From NCBI RefSeq assembly GCF_030144855.1, contig NC_082725.1, forward strand, positions 10,478,001 to 10,542,000: DNA of 64,000 bases, written 5' to 3'. The notes beneath the pieces are model-generated. The model was not told the origin of the DNA. It saw only the letters and a list, made by a program, of their open reading frames with translations, and searched no databases. The position numbers were made by a program, and so were the translations under genes. This DNA comes from Hypanus sabinus. Its lineage: Eukaryota. Below, in pieces: positions 12,859 to 27,175 of this stretch; positions within the stretch are counted from its first letter, which is position 1, and each line of letters begins with the position of its first letter.

Positions 12859-15800
12859 GTCCCTGTTTTAAATTGCTCGAGACATGTTCACGGAATTCTA
12901 TTTAAGCAAGCAATTGAAAAATAATGTTATTAATTTTTCTTCATTTCAAGCCATAAAACAGTCATACGTCCATTTCTGTTATTACTCTATATTTCATTTC
13001 ATTTTGTTGTTCAGTACAGGGATTCTTATTGTTTTCTGGCTTGATCTCAGTTTATTCTGCATTCAACTCTGAATGTAAACGATATCTTTAGATTAACGGC
13101 TCGGACTCACTATTAAAATAATTTTAAAACACATGCAACAACTTGTCCCTAAAAATATTGCCCACCTCTATTAGTGTTGTGGTGAAGACTAACCAGATTA
13201 GTTAGAATTATAGATTTATATGGAAATAATATTTAGTGAATTTGATAACCTTGTATTTCATTTCTTGTCTGCGATCTATAGCGTCAGTTCGTATTTTAAT
13301 TGTAAACTGTATACAAAGTTCTTACTTCAGAACTTCGTAAACTTATAGAACCGTGTTTCTGTTTCAGTGGTTTCTGCGCTGACCAACAAATATAAAGAAA
13401 AAGAGCACTTTAGTTCCACGGGTTCTCAGTCGCCAGCTTGATCCATACACCTTAACATGTATATCGGGTACATATTATCTGGAAAGGATCTGATAGGCAA
13501 CTGTATTGGGATCTCGGGATGGTTGCCTGTAAAGCTATTGAATACAAAAGCAGTTAAAGGCAGACATTGTTTTCAGATTTATCGTTGAGACACAAAAAAA
13601 CAATGGTGTCTCTTCGACTTCTCCAGCAATCTTAGCAAATCACAAGGAAGAGATATTACGTTTAAAAATGTTAAGTCAGAGCCCGCAGATTGCAAATATT
13701 TGCTCTAGTTCTGCGTCCGTAAAGGTTTCAGTGCGCACATGCAGTACAATGGCCGATACACTTGAAGGGTGAGGAGTTTTGTTTTGAAGTTCAGAGAAGT
13801 TTTGGTAGATTTTGTTACTGAGAAAAAAAACCGTAACAAAATTGTTATAAGCAGTCTCACTCAGTGCTGAAAGAGGCGAATGTGTTAGTTTTCACCTTGT
13901 ATCTTTATCCGGAAAAGAGTGAAAGGAATTTAGTCTAGCCTTCAGTCTTAAGTTCACGATCTAGGGTAATAACGAGTCGGAGCCTTAAGTGAGACAGCCA
14001 GCTCAGTTCAGACATTGAAATCGCTTATTTACTGAAGAACCGCGATTCGCTCCACTGCTATCTATGTTCGCCCCTTTATCACTGACTGGAGAACGCATTA
14101 TTTACCTCAGTTGTTGCTGCGTTTCAAGACGAATGTTTTTTTTTATTTACCCGCTGACGGAAAAATGTAGAAATCTTGCAATGCCCACGATCGAAATAGC
14201 ATGGCGTAAAGAAAAATTTCTTCGTTTTTCATTTTTAAAAAAATATCAAATAGAACGCACTGATCGCCACGCAAAGTGCCGTCTAACTTGTTCGGAATTA
14301 TGCACTTTCTAGAGCTATTTCTTTAGTATTTTTTTCTATCTATGCCCCTGAACTGCACGATAAAGGCGTTTCATCTCCCCTGCGTCTTCGGCAGAGTTAA
14401 CCACGTTTCCTAACTGTTACCAATGTCGTAATTAACAGTCACGTACACCTTAGTAGCAAGAAAAAGAAACTTCTTCCCGCAAATCCTTGCTGCTTCAATT
14501 ACTTCCTGGTGTGGGTTTTTTAAATGTGCACACGAGACTCACGGCCCTCGCCCCATCCCTATCCATAAAGTTGAGAAAGGCTTGTAGTGTCTTAGAAACT
14601 GAAGAAACCAATCCACTGTCCCCATTACAGATTTACTAGGAAATTGGGTTATAGACGTTTAAACCTTTCCAAAAACACACCAATAAAATTATCCAAATAT
14701 GGTATCAATTTATTAAGCAATGAAACATTTACCAAGAGAACCAGATAAATATCATGTCTCTAACACATAAATGCGCCGCTTGTTAGCATTGGTGTACAGT
14801 AGTCCGAACCCTTATATATGAGACTCTGGCAGAGATGATAATTGTTATTTTTCTCCCATTAAATCTTTGTCTGCTCCCGTGATCATACGTGTCATGGGCA
14901 CAGTGGGACTGCAAAGGGAATATTTTCATTTTTTTCTATATAGAACATTCGGATTTTTATAGGGTTCCTAGACGGCCGTGATAATTCTAAACAGTCGTTA
15001 GTGCTTGGGAAACAAGCGAGAATAAGGAATCCTCCGAGACGGCCCCTCAGCAAACACGACGCGTGTAAAGCCGGCCTTTATATCACGGTGACCTTAACTG
15101 AAACGATATTTTAAATAACCTTCCTCGAGATGAACAATATTTTCTCAGTTTTAATCCAGCGCCAGAAGTCAAAATAGCTATAATTGGAATAATAGTGCAG
15201 AGATGGGGGTGTATGGGTGGTGGTGTGGTGCCGGTGATAGTGGAAGTGGGGGACTGGGTGGGGGTGGGGCGGCCAGGGTGCACATTTTGATTGCGGCTTT
15301 AAGATGGCTCGTAGCAAAACACAGTCATGTTCGGGGCTGAATATTACATTCCAAGCTAACGACTACATTTTCAGCATCATTGCTGGCTGCGTTTTATTAG
15401 AGATGGCCGAGCAAGATGCAGTCAATGCGACTGACGCCCAGAAATGTTTCCCATCCAGATCCACAACCATACACATAGCCACAAATACACCCGGTTAAGT
15501 TCTTACCTTCTNNNNNNNNNNNNNNNNNNNNNNNNNNNNNNNNNNNNNNNNNNNNNNNNNNNNNNNNNNNNNNNNNNNNNNNNNNNNNNNNNNNNNNNNN
15601 NNNNNNNNNNNNNNNNNNNNNNNNNNNNNNNNNNNNNNNNNNNNNNNNNNNNNNNNNNNNNNNNNNNNNNNNNNNNNNNNNNNNNNNNNNNNNNNNNNNN
15701 NNNNNNNCTTATTACTGTTGCATTAAATTCTATAACAATACACAGATATTAACATTAATTTGTGCATAATCATCCTGCATACTAAATTGGGGGAGAGAAG

Positions 15801-16959
15801 TTCACCAATCGAAGGCCACAGTTCCATACTGATTTTTTTAAAAAATATATATGCCAGTTTGGCTTTCTCTCTGTCTTCATTTTGTAAGTTGCCTCTGAAC
15901 GGGACGGAGTGACAGAGTCTGGAGGAAGCTTCCGCTTCCCGCTTTGTTTTAAACTCGATCGGGTTGTAGTTAAGACGCTTGTAAATTTTGTTTAACTGCA
16001 ACGCACTCTATTTTTTTTAAGACGAAATGATGAGGTCGATTTTATAGGTATGGTAAACGATGTATACTCTGGCCCAGCCGGTCGAAGGGCAGATGAATGA
16101 AGTATTTCGCCACAACTGATTCTCGATATTGTGATTTGGGATAAAATACCACGAATTGTCATAATTCAGTAACATCAAATATCCACGCTGTAGAAATAGA
16201 TGGATAAGAATAAATGCTTGTTTTATTAGGGTGTTTCTTCGACCTTGCACACTTAACCTACAGCGCTGTAGAATGTTACATTAACCCACTAAACTCTAAG
16301 CTACGCAGGCCAGATATACAGCCACGGGTTTGTATTTCAGAAGTGATTCTTCAAGGAATAGCAATGGAAGTAACAATCAGTGAAGAGACACCGTGGATCT
16401 CAATTACAATGACCACTATGAAACTCTTGCAGCAGGCGGCTGGGTAATTACAATCAGATCGGTGAAAGTCAAGATTACTTGTGTTTACTCGCGAGTATCC
16501 TCATATGAAACCTCTACACCCGATTAAAACTGCAGAATATAGAATTAAAACTTTGTTCTTTTTGCCAACTGCATTGGCTAATAATTTAGAGCATGTAAAT
16601 AACTGCTGCTTGCAATTGTTATGTAGCTTCTCGTTAAATTGAAACTTGTAATATTGAATTTGCATTTTGCGCCTTTTAAAAATTTTACTTGAAGGCCATG
16701 ATTCTAATACAGTAGAACTGAATAAATAAAGATGCATTTAGACGCTTTTGCAGTTTACCGAATACATATGGTGACCTTATTGCAGTTCTGGTGACGTAGC
16801 CCCGCCAAAGAGGAGTGGCTTATGCCCAGTTATGCCTTTTGATTGGCTCGTCCCGCCTGTCGTGCTGCGGAGGTATCTCTAATCATATTCAACGTGTTTG
16901 CACAAGAAATGTCAGCCTGAACTGGATATCTTCTGCTTTCGCCAAATTACCCCACAACA

Positions 16960-19562
16960 ATGTCATGCTCAGACAGCCCGGCTGCAAACTCCTTTTTAGT
17001 AGATTCTCTGATCAGCGTGGGCCGTGGCGGAGAAGGAACCTATTATCCCAACAACAGCGTATACCTGCCGCCTGGTTCTGATCTATCATACGGCATCCAG
17101 AACTGTGGACTTTTCCCATCTCTGAGCAAACGCAGTGAGAACAACTCTCAGAGTATGGTCCTGACTTCTCATCCCTACATGAGCGGGATGGAAGTCTGGT
17201 CAGATCCTCCTAGATCTTGTCGCATGGATCAACCTGCAACCCAGCAAGCAGCATGTTCCTTCCCCCAGAATATCAAAGAAGAAAATGCCTATTGCTTATA
17301 TGATTCTGAGAAATGTCCAAAAAGCGCGGCAGCAACAGATCTTTCCACGTTTCCAAGGCTAACGTCAGAGTCGTGCTCCACTAGTGACACTACTACTAAC
17401 GGCGGGGTTCCTGTGCCCGGCTATTTCCGTCTGTCCCAAGCCTACCCGGCATCCAAACAGACACTCTATAACAACACTGGGCAGGTTGGGGCCTCTCCGT
17501 TCGTGCCTCAGTCCCAGATCCGTTTTGGAACACCCCCTTCTTCAGCTTCGACCCCGAGTGAGTTGGGGAGGAAAGGGAGCGAAGGGACATCCCCCGGCCA
17601 TTTAACTTGCGGTTCCGAAAGGGAAGAGGCAGAAGCTCCAGCTTCGTCAGCCAACGAAGAGTCTTCTCCAGTCCCCTCAGAGAGCAGCAAAAACTCTCCT
17701 GAAAAAGAAACAAAAGGTAGGTACATAAGAGACAGTGGACGGTTTACAGAGCTAGCAATCTGAAATGGGTAGACGTGGCAGGTACAGCCAATAAGCCTAA
17801 CAAAGGGGGGTTCGTTTTGACCCTGTGAACTTTTTATTTTTGGGCGTGAGCTATGCTGTAAAAATTAATGCCTAGTATAGTTTATAGTGTGAGCCCACGC
17901 TCCGGAATCAATTGCACTCACATTCTAAACTTGTCAGATAAGTTACAAACCACGAATCCCGTCTACAGTTATTTAAGTGTACCGCATATTTGAACACAGA
18001 GTCCAAAGTAAATAAAAGACAGCCAATAAATAATACTCAAAGGAAATCAGGGACGTTTTATGATCTAGTGCGTCTTTCGAGAAAACAGGGTTAAAATAAG
18101 AAAATAGGAAAAGTTTCAAAATAATAAAAGAGAATGCTGTCATATTTTGCTTTAAGACATTTGATGTTATTAAACCAGTGTAGAATTATTGCTCATGGGG
18201 TTTTGTTAAAAATATCAGAGTAGATGAGAAAAGACAGTTTTAGAAGTTACCTAGTTTATTTCTTACTGTACGCAAAAACCATCCATTTAGTTAAATGGGA
18301 GCACCACAATAGAAAGTTAAAATGTCCAACGATCATTTTAGTTGTAGCTCTAACGAACTTCATAAGAAAACGTTTCAATAAGTTAGTTCAAGTGAAAAAA
18401 GTGGTGAAATAGAAAGGCAAGAATCTTAAAGCTTTCAAGTAAAGAGGCAACATTTCGATCTGGTACATTTGCAGTTGTTCGCTTAAATGAAGAATCCCAC
18501 TTAATCTCCTTGGATTATTGGCATGGATGAAGATAGGTTTTATTTCATGTGAAACATGACAAGAAATAGGACTGAACACTTAAGAGTCTGAAATGATAGG
18601 AGAGGCACTAAGCAAAATATTGAATTGTATGATAATTTCACGAGTATATTTTAATTGAATAACCAACTGCGTTGGCATTAATCTAGCACTTTGATAGGAG
18701 AAATAAGTTGCACTCTTACAGAATGGAATGAAATTAATCTGACAGTATCACTCTGAGTACATAAGATTTCTGACAATTGTTTAAATTATGTCCAATTCTA
18801 TTAAAATACGATTTTCAAACTAATTTCATCTTCATCCTAAAAGACTCCACGTTCTCTGTAATACCACATAAACACCCAGATCGGCTTAGATCACGGAATA
18901 ATTCAAAATGCATTATTTTTCCGTACCATGAAAACGTACAGTAAAGGTATTGACAGGTAATGGGAAAAATAGGACCATGTTTCTATAAGATTAAAAGTGA
19001 AAATTTGAAACAATTAGAGGATGCAGTATTTTGAATATTTCAAGTTGTATCTAAAGATGGTGTACCTCATTTTTGGGCACAATGGCATGGAGAACATAGG
19101 TAAATGTATCCATTTTTGAACAAGTAGTTTCCCATTGAAAATTATTTGACGAAACATTTTGTTCTTTCTCTGATCATCTGCTTTCTCTCTCACTCTCTCA
19201 TTCTATCTCTCTATTATCTATTTCTTTATCTATCTATCTCTGTCTGTTTCGTTCCTTTTGCTTGCTGCCATTTCTTTTACTCAATAGGGGAAGTGAAAGC
19301 TGAAAATGGGGCTAACTGGCTGACTGCAAAGAGTGGCAGGAAAAAACGATGCCCTTACACCAAACATCAGACCCTGGAGCTGGAGAAAGAGTTTCTTTTC
19401 AACATGTACCTGACTCGAGAGCGTCGCCTAGAGATTAGCCGCAGTGTCCACCTGACTGACAGACAGGTCAAAATCTGGTTTCAAAATCGCAGAATGAAAC
19501 TCAAGAAAATGAACCGTGAGAACAGGATTCGGGAGCTCACAGCAAACTTCAGCTTTTCATGA
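16960..19562 (+). CDS. hoxa10: Homeobox protein Hox-A10; join(16960..17716,19288..19562), 343 aa
   Basis: Starts [19 protein letters not shown]. Donor g|gtaggt at 17717 and acceptor caatag at 19287. Exon 2 reads [48 protein letters not shown]...[12 protein letters not shown]. Confidence 0.97.
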
Positions 19563-21409
19563 TAAACACAGACACTGGTTTGAATATTTTAGCCGGAGAC
19601 ACCGGGAAGTTGTGCTAGTGTTACTAAAAGACTACAACCTTTTCCACTTACCTCTGACGTCTCAGCCTTGTGCTGATTGTAGATAAATACGTTTTATGTG
19701 TTTTGTTTTTATTTGTGGAGCTAGTCTGTCTCTGTATCTATAATAATAAGTGTGGCCATCGATGAGTAAGGCATGCACAGAAGTTATCGTCCTATATGAC
19801 GATTTTCCAAACAACTGAAGAGGAATAGGGTTGGGAGGGGGTGGGGTGGGGAAGAAGGATGATGAACATGTCAACAAACATTTAATTGTGCTAGTTACCA
19901 ATTATCAGCTAAGTAAATCGAACATTGTAATATTTAAATACATTTATGCTGTTAAAATAGTTCCAGGATAATGTTACTACCATATACCGATATGTCGATA
20001 AAAGTTAAATGTGAATATACTGTAAAAGTGTGTTGTTACATAAATATATCACATGCCATGAACGGAAGCACCATTGCACATTTAAATGTGAAACATTGTT
20101 GCAAACATAATGAAGTAGAATGTGGGACCTTTTATTCCGTGCCGCTGATTCCCTTTTAAAAAGAAAATAAAATCAACTAGAATTAATTCATTTTTGATTT
20201 TGAAAAAAAAAGAAATATTCTTACTGGAAAACTCAGAAAATGCTTGATCCTATTGCCGCTGCACTGTGTACGTTAGCAAAATCTTGTGTTCCCTGGAAGA
20301 TGAATAAAACGTATTTCGTCGGAGTCCTTTGAGATAGGTATATGCACATTGTTTTTTTAAAGTTCATTTTGTGTTCGGTGTTTTTTTCCTTACCTTTATC
20401 TGTTGAGAAGGTTTACTACAGGAATGGTGGGTTTAAGACTGGCAATTACCGTTGCAATCTATTTAAATATTACCTAGACGGTCGTAATTTGTCTGGGCCA
20501 TATAGCAATGGTGCTGTAACGTTTGTCGGCTTTTGTTGAGTTTTATGACTTGCTAGTATATCTGGGTTGTTGCTGTCTTGGACGAGTGGTTTCAGTTGAG
20601 CGAACAGCCACGAAGACAGAGGAAGCAGCGCACCGCTCGGATGTAGGAAATTGGTTTTCTTCGAACAAAATGCACACCAGATCTTTTAATCTGCAAAACT
20701 CAGAAGAGTTTGAAGAATCGAAATACTCTAGCAGATCAAACATCTGGAAGTATTCAGGATGAAGGTGAGATCTGTATGAAGAGCGAAGTCCATTATCGTA
20801 TATTTAAACCAATAGGTAAGGGATCATGTATAACAAACACGTGTTTTTGGTATATTTTAAATGTAATCTGTGGTGTTAGCAAAGGAAAGTTAATGCTACT
20901 GTATGGGCTATTTTCTTTTTGGGTGGGAGATATGGAAGAAGAAGAAAAAAAGAAAATATATATTTATTGTCTGTGTCATCTGACTAGCTCTTTTCTTCGG
21001 ACAAACCTTGAACTCGTTATTATTGCAGTGCACACAAGTTACAATAGCTTATCATTACTAGAATGAATGACATGTATAGAGATCGCGTGAAATCCTGCAC
21101 AGGGATAATAAAGAACCCCGCCATATTTAGTGGGGTCTAACAAGTATTCTCGTGCTGAATTTGCAATTCAATTTATTCATTTGAATTGGAATCCGGCATC
21201 AAAACCCCGAAAAACCGTCGATTATTTGGGAATAATTTTAGGGACAAGCAGCCTTGCTTGTTGGAGCGTCTTTCGATTCTGGTAAATGCATGCAAGATTT
21301 TGACGGGAAGCGCAATGATTGTGACCTCTATCTGAGTAAGCTTGTTGAATGTTCATTCAGATTGCCCCCTACTTATGTACAGTGATAGGAATCTAAAGAT
21401 CTGAGATAG

Positions 21410-21492
21410 AACTGACCTGTGATTTAGGTAGTTTCATGTTGTTGGGGTAAGGTCTAACTCTACAACACGAAACTGCCTGAATTACTGCAGTT
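21410..21492 (+). ncRNA. mir196: miR-196 precursor hairpin; mature 5p at 21425-21446 (UAGGUAGUUUCAUGUUGUUGGG)
   Basis: Exact match to the mature miR-196a sequence. Complementary 3' arm caacacgaaactgcctgaattac, stem closed by aactg/cagtt. Canonical position between Hox10 and Hox9. Confidence 0.96.
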
Positions 21493-24400
21493 ATCGTCAT
21501 CGCCAGTGAGTTCTTGAGCTGGTTTGGAAAGAAACAGCAGATACTTTAAAAAAACATGAAAAAATTTAAAGGCTTTTGGTTTGATACGGCCAGCGGTAAA
21601 GTTCCGTAACAGGAATAAAAACGTGCAACAAAACGATATAGTAGATAGCCATTCTATAACTTTCCACCCCCGCCCATTCCGAAATTAATGCAATGGTATT
21701 TTTTTAAAGAGCACAAGAGATTCTTCCTTATTTTATAATCTAAAGATGGACTGTGCTTTCCGAACGATGTGGAATTTCCTGAATATAACATTCTACATTC
21801 GATTTGTTTGTTTTTCCTAAGAAGGATCAAGTTCATGTTTAAATTAAATATGATACATTTCGATTTCCCTTCAATATGTGTGCGTTGTCGAAGCATTATT
21901 TCAAAGTACCGATGATGGTCCGCGGTACCCTGCTGCAGATTGCGGCAGTTTCATACGTACGGCGGCGTAATCGATGCATTGCAGATTTCCATTTTGTTAG
22001 TGATAAATATTCCAAGTTATATTAGCATAGCTAAAAAAAAAAAGTCACATATTTGCTTGATCCATTCTGTGCATGGCTCATATTGTAATTCGCGGTGAAA
22101 ATTTGAAATAAAAAAATGTCCTTGCAACATGATTTAAGATACGCATTTTATGCATATGTATTCTACCATGTGCAAGACAAAGAAATTACTTGAAAGGCAC
22201 AAGGCCTCGGTTATGATCATTACATGGCGCCTAGGCGCGTAATTTTGGTTTGTTCTTGGAAACAGCGACCTCGGCGGAGCGCAGTGGAAGCGCTGCTCAG
22301 GCTCTGCTGAAACTAGACTAAACACAGAAATCAGACTTGTCCCATTATATTGGGCTGTTTAGACCAGACAAACAGAAGCTTTAATCTAAGCAAAGCAAGT
22401 AAATAAGCACAATGGTGCCTTGTTTTGTTGGCTAAGTTAATTGAACATCCTTTGGAATTAAACTATTTAAAGTGGATGTTTCAATGTCATTATGCAAGGC
22501 AAGGATCATTATACAGTAACTACATAGTTTCTTGTCCTGTTTTATGAATACAGAATTAAATTCATTGTACATATAATGCATGTTCAGTAATTGTTCTGAA
22601 GTAAAACGAGCAGAATAAATTAATGGAGAAAATGCAGAACTTGCATATTGTACAAAGAAAATATCCTTACATACAATTTTCCATATGGTCCTACAAACGA
22701 TTTGAAATTAGCTTTGCAAGGAAATTACTTCTGGTTAATTCAGATATGGGTAAAAACTCATCTGCAATATTAAATGATGTCATCCAGCATGTTGTCGAAG
22801 GAGATTTAACGCAAAGCAGAAATTTCTATCTTGATTATTTTCTCAGTTCAATGTAAAAAGAAGATCTTCCGAAAAAAATAAGTGCGTTGGTACACCACAG
22901 CAGGTTCGTATTCTCCTGATGCCGCTGTGCCACCTTAAACTATCGACGGCATGGTTTATTGACCCGCGAAGGAAGTCAAGTTTGTACTGGTCATCCCTTC
23001 TGGTAACTGGCAGACCCTACTTAAAACGTTGTAAACTCTGCCCTTTGACTAAACGCATTTCCTCTCATTTGCCTCGATTCTATAGACGAATACGTTACCA
23101 AGAAGTTGGAGATATTTCTTTAATCATTACGCATCCGAATAAATATCGAATTGTGTTTTATATCATCTATATTTTAATGCTATTTTCCCAATTTAATGTC
23201 CTTTAACTATGACTTATTTGACAAATCTGATAGTACAAATTATATTATTTTTTAAATCATTCTGGTTACATTTTGTATTATAATATTTGTGCGTTGTTCG
23301 CAGTCATCTCCGAGGTTCTTACGATTTATAATCTTATAAAAAAGGAAAGCGCGACAGCTTTGTAGTCGCCTTCATTAATGTTAAATTAGAAGCTCGCTTT
23401 CCTTTTTGTTAAAGGCCAGTGCATGCGGTCCTCTACAGTTTCACATTGAGTATTTAATTTCGGATTACTGCGAATGAACTAAAATGCGACTCAAATATTC
23501 GTAACTATACAACACTCCAATATAATGTTTGTTTTTTTTTCTCAGACTATAATCAGACATGACTTGTTTGCAACTGAAAGTGAGCGTTTAGCTGCAAAGC
23601 GTTCAGGACAATTTTGATTCCCATGTAGATATCGCCAGCATGCAAATTATATAGTTAATACACGTTTGAGTCTTGGTCAAAATACTTTTCTTACAGCAAA
23701 TTAGACACGAAAACGATGAAAGATGTTTATCGTCCTCACGTACTGTGAGTGTACAAATTGGGCTTTGCAATTTCACACAGATGTTATCTGAACGGAAACA
23801 TAGGCGTCAGCGTTATTTTAAATGACAGGGCTGTAAAGTCCCTCTAAAAAATCAAAATTTCCAGGCTATGTCAACCTTAAAAATTTTATCACTCAGCTTT
23901 ATCTCAGTCTTACCAAATTATTCTGACTACAATGTGTATTCAACGACAATCCAATTTGCCTGGATAATTCCATAAAGCATTAATTTTTTTGCTGAGAAAA
24001 CATCGGTATAATACTTTTGTCTGAACTTTCATGATATAATATTTGCATTAATTCATAACGATATGCTATTTATTTAGAATAAACGTAATTCTAAAGTAAA
24101 AGTAAACCAGACCAACTCGACACTGCACAGGAAGAGCAATTTAGCTTTATCCTTGATCCATTCGCCTTGTCATGGAATGAGATACGAATTATCTCTCTAA
24201 CAAATATATTTTAAACTTGAAGTGGATGCCTTGTTGCACTCCTCTACGCTGAATTATCTGCATCCTTGCGGCATTTAACAATTTATTGGCGAACTTAAGG
24301 AATTACATCCAAGAACGCTCCTGCATTTTCCTTCTTTATGCTGTTTTAAAAATGCCCTTGCTTGAGAGCTGGAGCTTGCAAATAACATGTGAGCTTCCCG

Positions 24401-27175
24401 TCCAGAACGCCTGAACATGAGTCGCAACTGTATACCTAAACTGAAATACAAACCATCAAAATTCGTAACTATATTTTAGGTGGGGGGTAAGGGAATGGAT
24501 TAGGTTTTGGTAGGAACTAAGTAATGATTATAGTACTTGCAACGAATTCAACTATATCGTTTAAAATCAAGCATTACATACAAACTATAAATCTTTAGGA
24601 TCACAGCTAGACGCGGCGCACTCCAACTTTTGTTTTAATGGCTAGTCGTTTTTTTAAAAAGCTCATTTAAAAAAACCTTAATTTTAATTAGATGAACGGC
24701 TCTGTTTAGCGAAGTACAGATTCAGGGCCCCGTGGCTTCACTTTATGTATATATGAAATCAACATTTTATCCCAATTTCAGACAATCTGCACAGGAAACG
24801 CAAACGTCTCCTTTTTTCTCCCTTAGGCTCAGCACTGGACTTGAATGGATCTTGATTCTGCGCTAGACCGCATCACTCCACCAGTTTCAATGTAACACTG
24901 CGCTGTCTAGCTACTCATGTCCGCTCGCAAGCGACGGCTGAAGCTCCCCAACACCCGCCCCCACCCCTCGCCAGCAGACACTTTAGACTCAGACTTCAGC
25001 ACTCCCCCCACAACCCCCCGTAACACCAGCATACCACCCACACAAAAAACTCCTTCCTGACCCACTCTCCCTAACAGTGAAAAGTCAAAGCAGTAAGGAG
25101 AAAAATATAATTGTTCAGATTAATATAAAAACCCAGAGGAAAGGACGCCGTGTTTCAGTTATTTCAGGTTTATACAATCATCGGATGGCTGTGAGGACAG
25201 CCGTAGGAAGGAGGGTGTATGTGTGGGAGCAACGACGATAGCACGTTGGCTTTAAGTGGCATCTGATAATTGTCTTTGTTTCTTCACTATTTCTGCGTTA
25301 TCAGATATAACGCAACAGTTCAAGTACTTCTCATTGATTGCGGGGGAAGACTTTGTTGCTACTGTAGAGGTACACCAAGAGATTTTTTCCACCTTCATTT
25401 TAAGCAGACGAAATATTTTTAACCGCATATAGCTAGCCAAATAGCCGCAAACAAAGATAAAATTAAAACTGAAACATTACGGCTGAGTTGCGAATCGACA
25501 GCTTCAACAGCCAAATCTAATTACTTGGCCTTAAAGACCAAGGGTATTTTTAATTAAAACAGAACTAGGCTCAATGCCAGTCATTTAGAATAGCTGTTAT
25601 TAATTCTTTCGCAGATTCTGAGTTGTTTCCTACATATAAACACATTTAAAAAGCTGTCCCAATGAGACACTGTTAAAAATTACCATTTTATTCTGCGAAC
25701 ACAGCGCAGGAGAGCCAAACAAATAAATGAATCGACGTGTGATCATTAGATACAAAAGAAAATATTTCCTGTTAGAACACAAATGGTAAGTTATTCTACG
25801 CAAAAGGTTATAATAATGACGGAAAATTATTACGAAATATTTCTTAAGTAATTTCATAGATTTTTTATTAAATATATTGCACATTTATTTACTTAAACAC
25901 TGGACCAGGCCATAATACCGGCCTTCAGGAATATCTTTTATGTTAATTTTAATATTGTTGAGTAAAATCATCCGTCGCTTTAGAGATACACATTCACACA
26001 TCTTACATATATCGGTAGAAAGTGTGTGCGTGAAAGAGAAGGTTAGGCCCAATTAGGTTTTAAAGCACAGTACTTCGTTGTAATATTTAATATGCCGAAG
26101 GGAGAAGGTAATAAATGAAGCCATTAATACGGATGCTGGCGAAATCCACAGAAATAGGCCTCGTATATTTGTTCAATGTCTAACGGTTTGTTTTCATTTG
26201 CCATTGAAAGGAATCTATCTGAGCCATATAAGAGACGAGAATTCCAAATACCGTCAGTGAAGGAAGGCTTTGCAATTTTCGCCCACATAATCCTCCAGTG
26301 AATGTATGAAGGAGATTGTCCACGAATCCGAAGAGAAAAGATGTGGGGACTACTGGATTTCCGAACAAATTAATATCCCCCGTGTATCTGCATCTGTCTA
26401 CCAAAAATAACACGTTGTACGCGGAAGTTGTAATTTATTATGGTTTACTGTAGGTAAAGAGCCGTTTTGCAATGGCCATAGTTTGCTAACATGTAGTTTA
26501 ATTGCTCAAACGGTTATAAAACGGAGATTGACACAGTGGGTTTAATGTGGAACTCGTTTTTAAAAGGAACGATGCATAACAGATACAGGTACACACGCCA
26601 CTTCTCAGAGGTAGTCTTTAAAACTTCGTTAACAATTATTATTTGTTAAAAATGTATTTGAATTTTAGTTTTTACCAAGCATGAATAGTAAATGCCTGCC
26701 CGAACACAGATTCTTTGTTGTTTTTATGCAGTTTATAATTTCACTCTTTTCATAATATTTTATGAGAAGGTTAACGATTATAAGGTGTTCGTTAAAAAAA
26801 AACGAGCATCAGATGGGAAGATTGATTATGATATAAAGTAGTCCCCTAAGAAAAGAAATACAACCGAATATTTTTTCACATTTCAGTTGCCAGAAACAAA
26901 TCGACGGGTTTATATAGAAGAAATTATATCCCTTTGCAAAAAAAAACATATGAACTTGCTATATAAAATTATGACTATAAAAGATTGACCCCGCTACAAG
27001 CTGCGGATTGATTTATATTTTATTGTTGTTTTTTGAATCACGTGGGTAATTTATCCAATGGCGTGGAAGTGCGCTTGCACCATATTAGCGGACTGTACTT
27101 GTCCCGGCGGTAAGTTGTTATATTGAAATCTGCTCTTTCATATTTTCAGAGGCGCTTGCTGTGTCTTTGCCGAGC

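Noticed and set aside
6400-16700. Many 60-100 aa ORFs in intergenic DNA
   Set aside because: AT-rich, no recognisable domains, and often non-ATG starts; consistent with random ORFs.
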